The notes beneath the pieces were generated by a model. It did not search any database. It was given only the letters and a program-made list of their open reading frames with translations, and was not told the origin of the DNA. Of a DNA stretch of 64,000 bases, positions 37,801 through 51,015 are shown one piece after another (position 1 is the first letter of the stretch; each line of letters opens with the position of its first letter). Location: positions 141,670,001 through 141,734,000 of the forward strand of contig NC_042998.1 of assembly GCF_006345805.1 (NCBI RefSeq), in the 5' to 3' direction. The translations under genes and the position numbers were made by a program. The DNA comes from Octopus sinensis. Lineage: Eukaryota.

Positions 37801-38730
37801 TTGGACGGCAACCATGAAAGGGTTTAATTGAGCAAATCAACCCTAGTTCTTATTTCTAAGCCTGGTACTTATTCTGTTGGTCCCTTCTGCTGAACAACTA
37901 AGTTATAGGGAAGTAAACAAGCCAACACTGGCTATCAAGCAGTGGGGAAAGGGGCAAACACAAAGATACACACATATGTGTATATATATAAATAAAACAG
38001 GCTTCCACACAGTCTCCATCTACCAAATTCATTCACAAAGCATTGGGTGGCCTGGGGGCTGTAGTAGAAGCCACTTGCACAAGTGCAGTGCAGTGAGACT
38101 GAACCCACTCCTATATTTTACAGGCTGACAAATGTGTCAACACTAAATGCACAATGTGCACCAGTCCAAACCATGATGGTAACTGGAAAAAAAAACAAAA
38201 AAAAAAACTGGTAAAACATTAACTACATGCATGAAGACACTATTACCACCTGCCTAACTCTACTAGCGATTATGCATTGAAACAAGAGTGGGAGGTTTTT
38301 CTAACACACTTCTGTATATATGTGTATGTGTGGATAGATGGAGGTATATATGTTTTGGTGTGTATGTTTTATACATATGTCAGATGAGATAACAAAATGT
38401 ATGTCACAAGATGTTTCTGTACAAAATGGCAACATCTCCATGCTACGAAGACAACCTCACCATTCCTTCCCCACTGCATACACAGGCATCTAATATGTAT
38501 GGATGTATGTATGGTGATCAACAGGTTAAGCCAATTTGCATATGCATGTATGAGTCAGCATGTGCACTTTCATATAGCAACTAATAAATTTGACGACAGC
38601 ATGTCTTATTCTTTAAATTCTATTGAAGAAGCTCTGCATCCTTCCAAAAATCAATTTAAATATTAAATAGTTTCCAGAATATATTGAAATATATTTTCAT
38701 GAAAATTATTTCTATTAAATGAGCAATATA

Positions 38731-38777
<47 letters not shown>

Positions 38778-38787
38778 TAATAATAAT

Positions 38788-39000
38788 CTTTTCTACTATA
38801 GGCACACGGCCTGAAATTTGGGGGAGAGGATAAATTGATTACATCGACCCCAGTACTCAACTGGTACTTATTTTATCAACCCCAAAAGGATGAAAGGCAA
38901 AGTGAACCTTGGTGGAATTTGAACTCAGAATGTAAAGATAGATGAAATGCTGCTAAGAATTTTGCCCAGCATGCTAACAATTCCGCCAGCTTACCACCCT
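38788..39000 (-). mobile_element. SINE family B next to (TAA)n
   Basis: cttttctactataggcacacggcctgaaatttg...ctttggtggaatttgaactcag...gccagcttaccacc. Confidence 0.88.
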
Positions 39001-39866
39001 AATAATAATAATATTGGTTTCAAATTTTAGCATGAGGCCAACAATTTTGAGGGGAGGGGCAAGTTGATTCCATTGCGTACAGTACCATTGACTGGTACTT
39101 TATTCTATCGATGCTCAAAAGAAGGAAAGGCGAAATGGACCCCGGTAGAATTTGCACCTACTCCAAATCTTATTTTTTTAATACAATTAATTCATTCATC
39201 CACAGTATTTTATTCGGTTCAACTGAAAAATATTAAACTTTTTATATTGTTATATATAATATTATTTTAGTTTTAGTGTGAGAACTAATCAAATATTTCC
39301 TAGGAGAGCCTGGGAACCACAGTGCAAATAATAAAAACAAAAATGTAAGGCGAGATAATTAAATTACAAAAGATTGGACCATAAAATGTAAAACTATGAG
39401 TGAAGGAGTAAGAGTTAGAACTTGCTTTTAAATGAGTGACAACATGACAACAAGATATGCCTCAACCACAATTCTGAGAAGCAAAATCTTAATAACAAAG
39501 CAAAAAGATCTCCTAAAACCAATGATCTTTAAAGAATATTATAAAATAAGGTGTGTTTGAAGAAGAGAGAAATGTTTATTCAAAAATGAATAAATTGCCA
39601 TCTGCAATAAATTACATCATGGTCTTCGGTAGTAGATATTAATACTGAGAAACTGACAAAGAGAAAATTCTATGAGTTTAATCTTTTAGATTATAAAATC
39701 CCAAGTTATGGGAGATATGATTAAACTGAAACCCAGATAATCAAATATTGTTTTCTTTCCTTATAAATGATTTAGAAATTTGGAATGTTTTACATAGACT
39801 AAATAGAAAGAAGAACCTTCTCCCGATCATTTGTAGATATTCATAATCAGTGTTACCAACTTGTAA

Positions 39867-40272
39867 GTGCAGGCATGGCTGTGTGGGTATGAAGCTTGCT
39901 TCTCAACCAGAAAGTTTCAGGTTCAGACACACTCTGTGGAACCTTGGGCAAGTGTCTTCTACAATAGTCCTGGGTTCACCAAAGTCTGGTGTATGGATTT
40001 TGTAGAAACTGAAAGAAGCTCATTGTATGTGTGTGTGTGTCTCTCCTTGTCTGGATGTTGTATGATAGTTGTAAATACATGTCACTGTCTCACAAGCAGT
40101 GTCATTTATTGCCAATATTCTACAAAATCCTGTCCAGTCATGGTAAAATATAATCTTGAATAGAAACAGGTAAGGATTGGTGAGAGGAAGTGAATTTGGC
40201 TGTAGAAAATCTGCCTCAATAAACACCATCTAGTCAATGCAACCATGGAAAATTGCACATTAAAACAATGAG
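39867..40272 (+). mobile_element. SINE family A (A2 tail)
   Basis: Head plus RTE-like tail. Confidence 0.8.
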
Positions 40273-40288
40273 ATATATATATATATAT

Positions 40289-40676
40289 CTTTTACTTTTT
40301 ACTTGTTTCAATCATTAGACTGTGGCCATGCTTGGGCAATGCCTTGAAGAATTCTTAGTCAAATGTATCAACTCCAGTATTTATTTTTTTAAGCCTGGTA
40401 CTTATTCTAACACATCAGCACCAGTTGTCAAGTGTGGGGACACAGACATAAACACAATGACACACACACAGACACAAAAACACACACACAAAAACAAAGA
40501 CATGCACACACACACACACACACACACACAACAGGCTTCTTTCAGTTTCCATCCACCAAATTCACTAACAAGGATTTGGCTGGCCCCAGGCTATAATAAA
40601 AGCCATCTGCCCAAGGTGCTATACAGTGGGAGTGAATCCTGAAACATGTGGTTGAGGAGCAAGCTATGCCTGTGCT
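40289..40676 (-). mobile_element. SINE family A (A1 tail), tail-to-tail with the previous copy
   Basis: Reverse-complement tail ttttacttgtttcaatcattagactgtggcc and reverse-complement head. Confidence 0.8.
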
Positions 40677-40690
40677 TATTATATATATAT

Positions 40691-41798
40691 ATAATTGAAA
40701 AAATTGGAATCAACAAGAAGGGGTATGGTTGGACATTTATTTTTTAATCACTACAATTGTTTCCATGCAACGTAGTTCTCCAGGTGTGCAGGTACTTGAT
40801 TATGCAACTGTTTCCCTGCATTATGAGATCTAGTTGTCTTTACTCAGGTGATAAATATTGTCCCCATAAATTTAAAATCCTCAACTTCAAGAACATCCTA
40901 TCTGTCTGTCATGGCCTGAATTTAGTAGTAGTCTCTGAACTTATCAGGATGTGTTGTTGCTGAAGGGCCATTGGCAAACTAATTTCAACATATAGATGTA
41001 GTGAGATGGTGATTCTGATACTGTTAAAGTGGTTGCCATTTTAAAGGAATTGGTATTTTATTTCTTTGAACTGCTGATTAGTTCTTCATGGTTGGTTACA
41101 CATGTGATTGTCCTTAGTTGGCCTTTAAGATTCAGTGCTCAGACACACACACATTCACATACATATATACATGGGAAAATGTGAGCAAGAGAAATAATAT
41201 TAAGATTATAAACCTGGAAAATCACAGGTCAAGTTATTACACTTGGAAAAATTCGGAACAACTGATTACATCTGGTAAATACAGAACAAGAAAATATTTA
41301 CTTAAAATATTGTAGCTAAGGATAAAATTAATAAAATATTCAGATTTAGATAATATTAGCTTTTATTAAAACTAAAAATTTTATTATAATTTATTACTTC
41401 TATTTGTTATTACTTATAAAATAACTCAATTAAAATATTTTTTGCACTTTTAGAAAAAAAAAGTTTCTTCGGATTCCTAGTTATGGCAAAGGTGCACTTG
41501 TAAAAATTTACTGAAATTTTTAAGAAAGAAACAAAAAAATTTCCCCTGTGAAACTGGGGTGGAGGGGTGAAATTTCCAAGGATTCCATCCCCACCCCATC
41601 CCCTGTTTTCCAAACAAAAAAATGTGTTTTGTGGTATATTAGGAGGTCATCTATATATAGATTTCATAATGTAGGGAAACAGTTGCATAATCAAGTACCT
41701 ACACAACTGGAAAACTATGTAGTATGGAAACAAGCGTAGTGATTAAAAAATAAATGTCCAACTGTACCCCTTCTTGTTGACGCCAATTTTTCAATTAT
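40691..41798. mobile_element. Non-autonomous DNA transposon, about 1.1 kb, with about 140-bp terminal inverted repeats
   Basis: 40691-40832 vs 41658-41798 align at about 90% (14 substitutions and 1 indel counted by eye). Non-coding AT-rich interior. Confidence 0.85.
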
Positions 41799-42762
41799 CT
41801 ATTCACACTTGCTCAAATGCAAACCTGGAAGTATGTATGATACCACTATTAGATAACACAGGGTAAATCTGAAGGTGGACAAGCTTTATAGTGTACTCTA
41901 CTATGTTCTTACCACAATACACCATAACTATATATATATATATCACATGATCGCGTGACTGACCAGACCATCAGATGTTGTTACACATCGCTGGTCACAA
42001 TGCGTTCGCATTGTTTTAGCCTTCGAATGACACCACCCCGCTGGCTAAGTGAGCAGGCCATATATATATATATATATACATATATATATACATATATATA
42101 CATATATATATATATATACACACATATACTTGAATCACCAATAAGCAGCAAAGTGAAAAAGAAAATAAAGAGTTTCTCAATGAAGAAAATACATTTTTTT
42201 AAAATCAACCAAAAACAAGAATAAGCTTTAATTATTACACAGGAAACCCAAAATGTATAAGTGTTTATATATAATATATTCATCAAAAACTAACTGTAAC
42301 AAAAAGAAAAAAAATATCATTTATACACAAACATACAATTTTGGATGAATGCAAACTTAGAAAGAAAATTTTATTTGGTAGGTAAAGACAAAACTAATGA
42401 ATACAGTGGCCCAAGAATAAAATTAAAAAAAGATAGAACAGAAAAATTTGGGAAGATTTTGAAAAGACAGTGTAGTCAAAGAAATGACAATTAGCAAAAT
42501 TAATTTTCACAAAAGAATATTAGAATTTTTTACAGAAAATACCCTGGAGTGAAGGTGGTTGGTTGAAGGAATAAAACAAAATTCAGATAAAACAAATATT
42601 CCAATTAGAAACAGAAGATAATGAATATCACATACAAGATGTGACTGACATTACATCAGGTTAATATAGTCAGGAGAGGTATGTGTGTGTGGTGGGGGGG
42701 CATGTGAATGGAAAGAAACTGGCAGTCACATGGAATAGATTAAATCACACAATAATAATAAT

Positions 42763-43425
42763 CTTTTCTACAAGAGACACAAGATATGAAATTTTTTGAT
42801 GGGGGAAGAGGTTAGTCAATAACATTGATTCCCAGAGTGAAAGTGGTATTTATTTCATTGACCCTGAAAGGATGAAAGGCAAAGGTGACCTCAGTGAAAC
42901 TTGAACTCAGAATGCAAAGACAGACGAAATGACACCAAACATTTTGTCCAACATGCTAACAATTCTGCTAGCCTGCCTTTGCTGCTAAGCATTTTGCCAA
43001 GCATACAAACCATTCTGGCAGCTTACTGCCTTTAATAATAATGATAATCTTTTCTACTCTAGGCACAAGGCCTGAAATTTTTGGGGAGGGGACCAGTCGA
43101 TTAGATTGACCCCAGTACACAACTGGCATGTAATTTATCACCCCGAAAAGATGAAAGGCAAAATCGACTTCATCGGAATTTGAACTCAGAACAAAGAAAG
43201 ACGAAATACTGCTAAGCATTTCGCCTGGCATGCTAATGCTTCTACCAGCTCCCTGCCTGCATAATGATAATGATGATGATGATAATAATAGTCCTTTCTA
43301 CTATAGGCACAAGGCCTGAAATTGTGGCGGAGAGGGCTAGTTGATTACATTGACCCAGTACTCAGCTGGTACTTAATTTATTGACCCCAGTACTCAGCTG
43401 GTATTTAATTTATCGACCCCCAAAA
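42763..43425 (-). mobile_element. Tandem cluster of SINE family B copies separated by (TAA)/(TGA) repeats
   Basis: Copies at about 42763-42978, 42979-43030 (partial), 43048-43258 and 43293-43425. Confidence 0.85.
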
Positions 43426-44591
43426 GGATTTAGGGAAAATTGACAGAAGAAAAAGTACAGTGTGCCTGATGTGAAGAGTGGGGAAGTCCTTTCTTAGAGA
43501 TAAGTTGACACAAGTGAAACATAAAGAGAGACAGTAGAGTTTTACGTGTTTGAAACATTGAATTTTTGACTCACCATGGCAATTTCACAGTACACTTCTT
43601 TGTCTATCTATCTATCTGTCTGTCTGTCTATCTAATGCTTGATATGTTTCTCTAGTCCCTCTTTATATAAAGAAAGAAGGAACGAGAGAGAGAGAGAGAG
43701 TAAAAGAGAGAGAGAAAGAGTTAACACAAGAGGTGCAGAGTGAGAGTACATGCTAGGTTTGATGGTAAGCAATAAATAAAGAAATACTAAAAACACAGTG
43801 AGAAAAGAAGAACTGTAGAGATGGAGGAGGAAGAGGAGTAGATAATGGAGGAATAAAAATTTTGTAGAGATAGGTATTTGATGGAGCAGATTGCAATTAC
43901 GTAGATAAAATTTAGAAAAATTAATAACACATATTGATTGCAAATATACAAATGAGAAAGTTGTTTTATTTAATTTTATTCTTAGGTAATAAAATATTTT
44001 CTTTTGAAAATTAGTTTTCATTTCTTCATTTTCTATACGCACTTTGGAATTTGATAAAAGTTAAAATATAATTATTGTATGTATGACATATTTCCTAATA
44101 TTACCCATGGTGGCAAAAATATACTTCCAGAGTTACCTATGATATGAAAGGTAACACTCTAGCATATATAGCATATATAGTGAAACCATTAATACAGATA
44201 AGTTTTGTTTTTCTATTTTCATTTTCTTTCCTTATTCTTTTCTGTTGAAGAGCGTGGGCTTGAAATGTCAAAGACTTTTCCATCTTTTCAGAGCATCAAA
44301 CTCATCTATTTTCAAGCAAGTTCATTCCCAATGACCAGAAATAGAAATGAACAACATCACTTGTATAACAGTGACGCTTGTTTACAATCATCACATGGTG
44401 TCAAGACAAGGGCATACACACACACACACGACAGGCATCTTTCAGGTCCTGTCTAGCAACTCTACTCACAAAGTTTTGATCAGCCCATGGCTCTAATAGG
44501 AGACACTTGCCCAAGGTGCCTGTTTGTTGTTCCCTCACCTATCTCTGGCTTTTGTTTTTTGTATCTTAAAGCACACACACACACACATATG

Positions 44592-44650
<59 letters not shown>

Positions 44651-46102
44651 GTGGGCACAGGATGTCACAAATTGTATACAACAAAAAATACAAAGTACGA
44701 GTACATGGAATATGAACTATTATTTCGAACAATGAAAGACACAAATGGAAAACAAGACAAACAACATAAAGAACGACCCTTTATCAGTTGTTGGCTGTTT
44801 TTCTACTCTCATATTTCGAGCATTTAACAACAATATGTGCTTTTGATAAAACAGTTGCTCCCGTAAAGCAAATTAAATAAAATTCGGGATTTTGCAGAGG
44901 GTCAAAATTCGTAACACAAACAGGAAGGGCTGCTAAGCCTAAATATATATATATATAAGTTAAAAAACATATAAATGTACAAACAAATGGAAAACAGACA
45001 CAGAAAGTCACTAAATCCTCATCAATTATCAATCAGAGCATCAACCACAATTTTATGTCTTACAATGATATTGTTTTCCTTCTGGTGGTGCTGGCAGCAA
45101 AGAGCCACCAAGAAAGCATTGAACAAGGGACCCAACATGACAGAAAGTGAACAAATAAACAAGAAAAGAATAAATATGCAATATAAATATGTAATGTCAT
45201 TTCCTCATGACTAGAAATGTTTACCATGAAAGAGTGGAATTGAACAACACCACTCACATTACAGTCATGCTTGTTTACACTCATCACATGGTGTCAAGAT
45301 AAGGCCATGCATGAACACACATATCATACTGTGTGTGTGTGAGAGAGAGAGAGAGAGAAAGAGGCTTCTTTCTGTTTCTGTCTAGCAAATCTACTCACAA
45401 GGTTTTGGTCAGCCCAGGGCTATAATAGAAGACACTTGCTCAAGGTGCCTGTTGTGATTATCAACAAAAGAGATCAAACATTATATGTCACATTATGAAA
45501 AAGACATTATCTGAATGGAATTCATTTCTTCAGACTGAACAATTCTACAAACGGCAGAGGAGTTGCAAAGAAAAAAAGTCAATAAATAAAATGATTTTAA
45601 AAAAAATCAAAAATAGAAAAAAAGAAAAGAAAGGAAGCTATCATCATTAACAGTGTGGCAGTCACAGCAGAAGCCTGTGACCTCAATGTAATAATAAATT
45701 AGAAACTGTATGATATCTGGAGGGTTAGAGATAGACATGAAAACAATGACACACAGAATACAGATTATATCACTGAAAATGTTTAACACATTGTATTTAG
45801 AATAACAAGACACAAAATGTAAACAGAAATCTTACATAGTTGCTTTATATATTTTAGTTATGAAAGGAATCAAAACTGCTACAAAAGACTCCACGTTTTC
45901 ACACAAAGACAAAAGGTTTTTACATTCAATAAAAAAAAAAAAAAGGTTGTCTTTATATTTTATTTTTACTTATTTCAGTTACAGGACTGTGGCATTACTG
46001 GGGCAAAGTTATTGGGATATAAACAAACCAACATCCATTGTCAAGCAATGGTGGGGAAAAAAGACACACACATATATATATACATATAATTGTCACTAAT
46101 AG

Positions 46103-46295
46103 TGACTGAGGGTGCATTGTAGTACCTACATTGCAAGAAATAAGAATCAAAGACCTTTATAGCCACTAACATAGTACAAGTCTATGTACTGACAAGGGCT
46201 ATATTAACTGCCCTGTCAGTACACAGACTTTGTGGCTATAAGGGTTTTTGACACTTATTCCTAGCGGTGTTGGTGTTACAATGCACCCTCAGTCA
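46103..46295. mobile_element. Fold-back MITE, about 95-bp imperfect arms
   Basis: Perfect 19-bp termini tgactgagggtgcattgta (46103-46121) and tacaatgcaccctcagtca (46277-46295). Complementarity continues to a loop near 46200-46210. Confidence 0.8.
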
Positions 46296-47118
46296 TTTGA
46301 ATTCTTCCTTTTTGGTGTCTAGCCACCTTTATTATTTTATATATATACTTATTCTATCGGTGCCTTTTGCTGAACTGCTAAGTTACAGAGACGTACACAA
46401 ACAATCTCTGGTTGTCAAGCGGCAATGGGGGAAAACACACGCACACATACACACAATGGGCTTCTTTCAGTTTTCTATCAACCAAATCCACTCACAAGAC
46501 TTTGTTTGGCCCAAGGTTATAGTAGAAGACACTGGCCCAAGGTGCTATGCAGTAGGAATGAACCTGGAACCATGCTGTTGGGAAGCTAACACCTTAACAC
46601 ACAGCCACACATATGCACAACAGGCTTCCATGCAGTTTCTGTCAACCAAATTCACTCACAAGGCATTGGTTAATCTGAGGCTATAGTAGAAAACATTTTC
46701 TCAAAGAGCCACACAGTGGAACTGAATCCCAAATCACATGGTCTCAAAGCAAGCTTCTTCTTAACAACATAACCATGTCTGCACCTACACTGAGAAAATA
46801 TTTAGCATAAATATGTATACTAATAACATATACGATATAAAACAACAAACAGTTAAGCCCTTCCCATCAGACACAAGAAAGTACAAACATAAATTAAAGA
46901 AAGAAAGAAAAAAAACATCAATTGAGGAGATAGGGTTACATCTGAAAGGAACAGCCAGAAAATTTAATAAGTGCTCATTAGAGACAGTGCCACTTTTCAA
47001 ACTAATTACTACAAACATGAGCGGTGCATGGATAGCACAGTGGCATAGCATGAGGTTTGTGGACCACATAGTATGGCCACTGTGTGTGGGTTTGCTGTAG
47101 TTGAAGCTATGTTCACAT

Positions 47119-47353
47119 TTAATCCTCTAGCATTCATCTGAATGCTAGAAGAGGTAATGTCAAATGTAATGCTTATTTACTCACATTGTTTTGAATTAAT
47201 TAGGCATTATCTGATAGCTTCAAAATTTTGATGACAAGATAGTATATTTTTAGAATGACATTAAAGGGTAAGTGTGAGAGGCCGGATATGGCTAGTTTGA
47301 GTATAAAACAGGTAGAATATTTGGGCCGGATATGGCCAGTTTAAATGCTAAAG
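47119..47353. mobile_element. piggyBac-like MITE (family of 11557-11765, opposite orientation)
   Basis: ttaatcctctagcattc...gtttaaatgctaaag. The interior is the reverse complement of 11561-11761. Confidence 0.75.
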
Positions 47354-47612
47354 AAAGTCCCAATTTCACTTCTGCCTATGCTTTTGAGCACATTGGGCAG
47401 CAAGTTGACACCACTGTTTTCTGTTGGCTGTGGTTTTCTCTGCATCTAATCATATTGCCTTCTCTCATGTAGCTTATGAATGTTCTGCACCATCCATGCA
47501 GTTTGCAGTCTTTCTCTCTTCCTTTTTTTCTCCAGTGGTATCCATTTGAAAGCAGTTTAGAATGGGTATTGTTCTGGTAACTGAAGTATGTGATCTACCA
47601 GTTTTAGTCTTC

Positions 47613-48243
47613 ATTACCTCCACCTAGGAAGGAAGTTATGTTTCCAGTGGCATTGATTTGTCTGTCTGTCTGTGTGCAAAATAAATCAAACAGTTGTGAA
47701 CGGTATTTGATGAAACTTGCAAGAAAAGTTGGTAATTACACAAAGAACAGATGATGAAACTTTGGTAGTGATCCGGGAATTTTTATGGATTCTTGAAGGG
47801 TTTTTCATTTGTTATATTTACTTTACATAAAGTATTACAATGTTACATTCTTTGATTATCTCCCTTGAAAACACGTTCATCATTTCCATGTAACCTATGG
47901 TGGCATTGCTGTTTCCACAGTTTATTTTTGTTTCTCTATTAGTAATTTTACTCGCGTTGTGTATGTATCACTCAAGTTTTAGGTAATTGTTGTTTCTTTT
48001 TAGTTGTATGGTGATACTAGCTTACTGTTGTCATTGATGTATTATAACTGCTTCAGATGATTCCTGTTTTTAAAGGGATTAAAAAAAAAAAAACATATGG
48101 CTGTTATTTTTTTTTATCCCCGCCCAGGAGGTTATGTTTTGCTGGCATTGGTTTGGGAAATTGGGCAATTTTCAGCATGCATGTATATGGGTGGAAATGA
48201 GCTGCTTGGCAGATGTCTGCACTCTCCGAGTGCTTTTCTAGTT
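47613..48243 (+). mobile_element. Non-autonomous Helentron-type (HINE/DINE-like) element
   Basis: 5' attacctccacctaggaaggaagttatgttt, (TCTG)n, second 5'-like motif ttatccccgcccaggaggttatgtttt at about 48113, 3' subterminal cttggcagatgt, hairpin gcactc-tcc-gagtgc (48219-48233), end ttttctagtt. Confidence 0.7.
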
Positions 48244-48612
48244 CAGTTATGATTTTGTTAAGTGGGTTTGTGTTAGCTATCTTTAGAATTTCTTCAATGG
48301 TTATGTGGTTTTGAGAAAATCCTTCTTTTGTGGAACACATCTAGCTTTCTGTTGATTTTTATAATTTAAGGAAGGGAACAGCTGCCAGGACAGCATATTT
48401 GAGAAAAAATCCTCAGACACACTGCTTCCAAATATCCTCTGCCTTGGCAGCATTGGAAAGCTATGTGAAAGGAAACTTAATGGATAGCTATTCCTATAGG
48501 AAACTATATGGAGAACAGTGATACAGCCATTTATTTATCCTCGAGGAAAATTAGTTTATTCACCAAGTGTAGTTTTGAGTAAAATTGCATAGTTGTTTTC
48601 TGGGATATGAAT

Positions 48613-49125
48613 GTGCAGGTATAGCTGTGTGGTTGAGAAGCTTGATTCCTAACCGTGTGGTCTTGGGTTTAGTTCCACTGTGTGTGGCACCTTCAGAAAG
48701 TATCTTCCACAATAGCTCTGGGCTAAGCAAAGTGTGTGAGTAGACTTGGTAAATGGAAACAGTAAGAAGACCATTGTGTGTGTATGATATGTGTATGCAT
48801 GTGTATGTGTGCGTGTGTGTATATATGCATGTGTGTGTGTAGTGTGTGTATGTGTGTGTGTGTATGCATGTACAGACACGTCTGTACCCTTGTCTTGACA
48901 TCACATGATGGTTGTAAACTAAAAACATTGTCATACAAGCGATGATGTTCACTTCCAATCTTCAAAGAAAATCATGTTTTAGGTCATGGGAAATATTACC
49001 TTGCTTTGAAACAGGTGAGGGCTGGCAACAGGAAAGGCATCCAGCTGTAGAAAATCTGCCTCAGCATATTCCATCTCACTTGTGCAAGCATGGAAAAATG
49101 GACATTGAGTTATGATGATGAAGAT
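48613..49125 (+). mobile_element. SINE family A (A2 tail), full length
   Basis: Head, microsatellite, RTE-like tail and (GAT)n. Confidence 0.85.
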
Positions 49126-50924
49126 ATAATGAGGTAATGAGACAAAGCAAAATAATGCCTGATTGAAGGTCTATAATTTGGATTGCTGGATGGAGCCACA
49201 TGTCTTATCTCAAAACAATAAAATACACATTGTTACCTCTAAAGATAAGCCACAGAGTGAAAATGGTAGAAGTAAAATTGAAAACGACAAATGCTTATAA
49301 TCATTATCCTGCTGGATATTAGGGGTTAGGAATGATTTTAGCAGAGCCATGTATTTAAATGATGAAATACTGCTGCTGCAGATAATAATAATAATAATGT
49401 AACAATTTTTAGTTTTCCAATTAGATATATTGATTCAGGGCAAAAAATAAATACAATGAAATTTATTTAACTGTAGATGAATTCACAATAGTTGTCATAG
49501 CAACCTTGAGAAATAAGAAAAAAAGAAAAGGAACTAAGATAGAAACACACAAGTAAATAATAAAAATATAAACAGAAGAATGTCATATCTAAACAAAAGA
49601 ATAAATAAATAAATAATGATGATGATGATGATGATAATAATAATGCCTTATTTGATTTAAAATATTTCATGAATAAACAAATAGAATAAGCTCCTAAATT
49701 AAATTACATCGGATAAGAACTAAAGTGAAGACAGGAAAATAAAATAAAATGGAATAAAATAAAAATTGAAAACTACCCTCTAAGACATTAAAAATAAAAA
49801 AAAAAACCACTGACTCCCCCCCCCACCAGAATCGAAATATATAGACAAAAAAATGAAAAGACTTTAATTTACAAAATTTGTTCTTCCTTTCGTGCATACA
49901 ACACATATATAAAAGGAGACCCCACCCCGCTCCAAACCCCCAAAACTGTCTTTTTGAATGTAAGGAGTAGAAGGACGGTGTGTGCATAATTGCACAGTTC
50001 CCCACTCCATTAAATTATAGAAGCAAGAAAGTTACCTGAGGCTATAAGATTGATCTAAGATTTTAAAAATGTGGTAAAAATGGAAAGGGGATGTTACAGG
50101 ATTTGGAAGAACTAATTACAATTCCTACAAAATATTTGTAGCATATAAAAATCTAATTGTTGTCAGTTAGGGGTTTTTTGTCTTATTTTTTTTTCATAAA
50201 TTTTTGCTTTGCTCTCTCTTCTCCCTGGTTGCAGTATTTGCTACTGCTGCCGCTGTTTTGGAAATAGAATTGGTAGGAAGGAAAGGCAGCTGAGATTAGG
50301 CTGGAGATAGTTCAATGTTCTTTAATTATTAGCAAGTCCAAGGTTGGTGGCAGCAGGCAAAGGAAGTATAGAAAGATACATTATAAACATTTTAGAGAAG
50401 AAGGGAGGGAGAGAGAGAGGAGTGGGAGGGGGGGAACTCATGTGACAGAAAAAGAAAAGGTAAGAAGGAACAGTGAGAAAAGGAAGGAAAATTTGAGAGA
50501 AAACAGAGGGAGTAGGGAAAACTTATGAGACAGAGAGAGCAGTGAGAGGAGGGAAACTGAGAGACAGAAAGAGACAGAGGGAGAGGAAGGAAAGAAAGAA
50601 AGAAACTAGATTGTATATTTTCAAATGATTATAAAATAATAAATAAATGGTTATTTGATGAACTTTGGATTTAACAAAGGTTTTGGCTTTACTCTGCAAG
50701 GCCCATCAAATTCTTCATTGATAAAGATTTTTACACAGCTAATCTTCTGAAGTGTTTGTTTTGTATATATTTCCTGTGTGGTAAGAAGATTGCTTCCCAA
50801 TCACATGGTTCCAGGTTCATTCTCACTGCTATAGCCATGGGCCAACCAAAGCCTTGTGAGTGGATTTGGTAGACGGAAACTGAAAGAAGTCCATCATATA
50901 TATGTATGTATATTTATATATGTA

Positions 50925-50971
<47 letters not shown>

Positions 50972-51015
50972 CAATAATAAATCTCTGAACGAGATGTAAA
51001 CAGTAACTGCTCCAC

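Noticed and set aside
38424-38585. Short ATG ORF MATSPCYEDNLTIPSPLHTQASNMYG... with a good start context
   Set aside because: About 50 codons, runs into TATG-like repeat sequence, weak splice donor and no recognisable homology.
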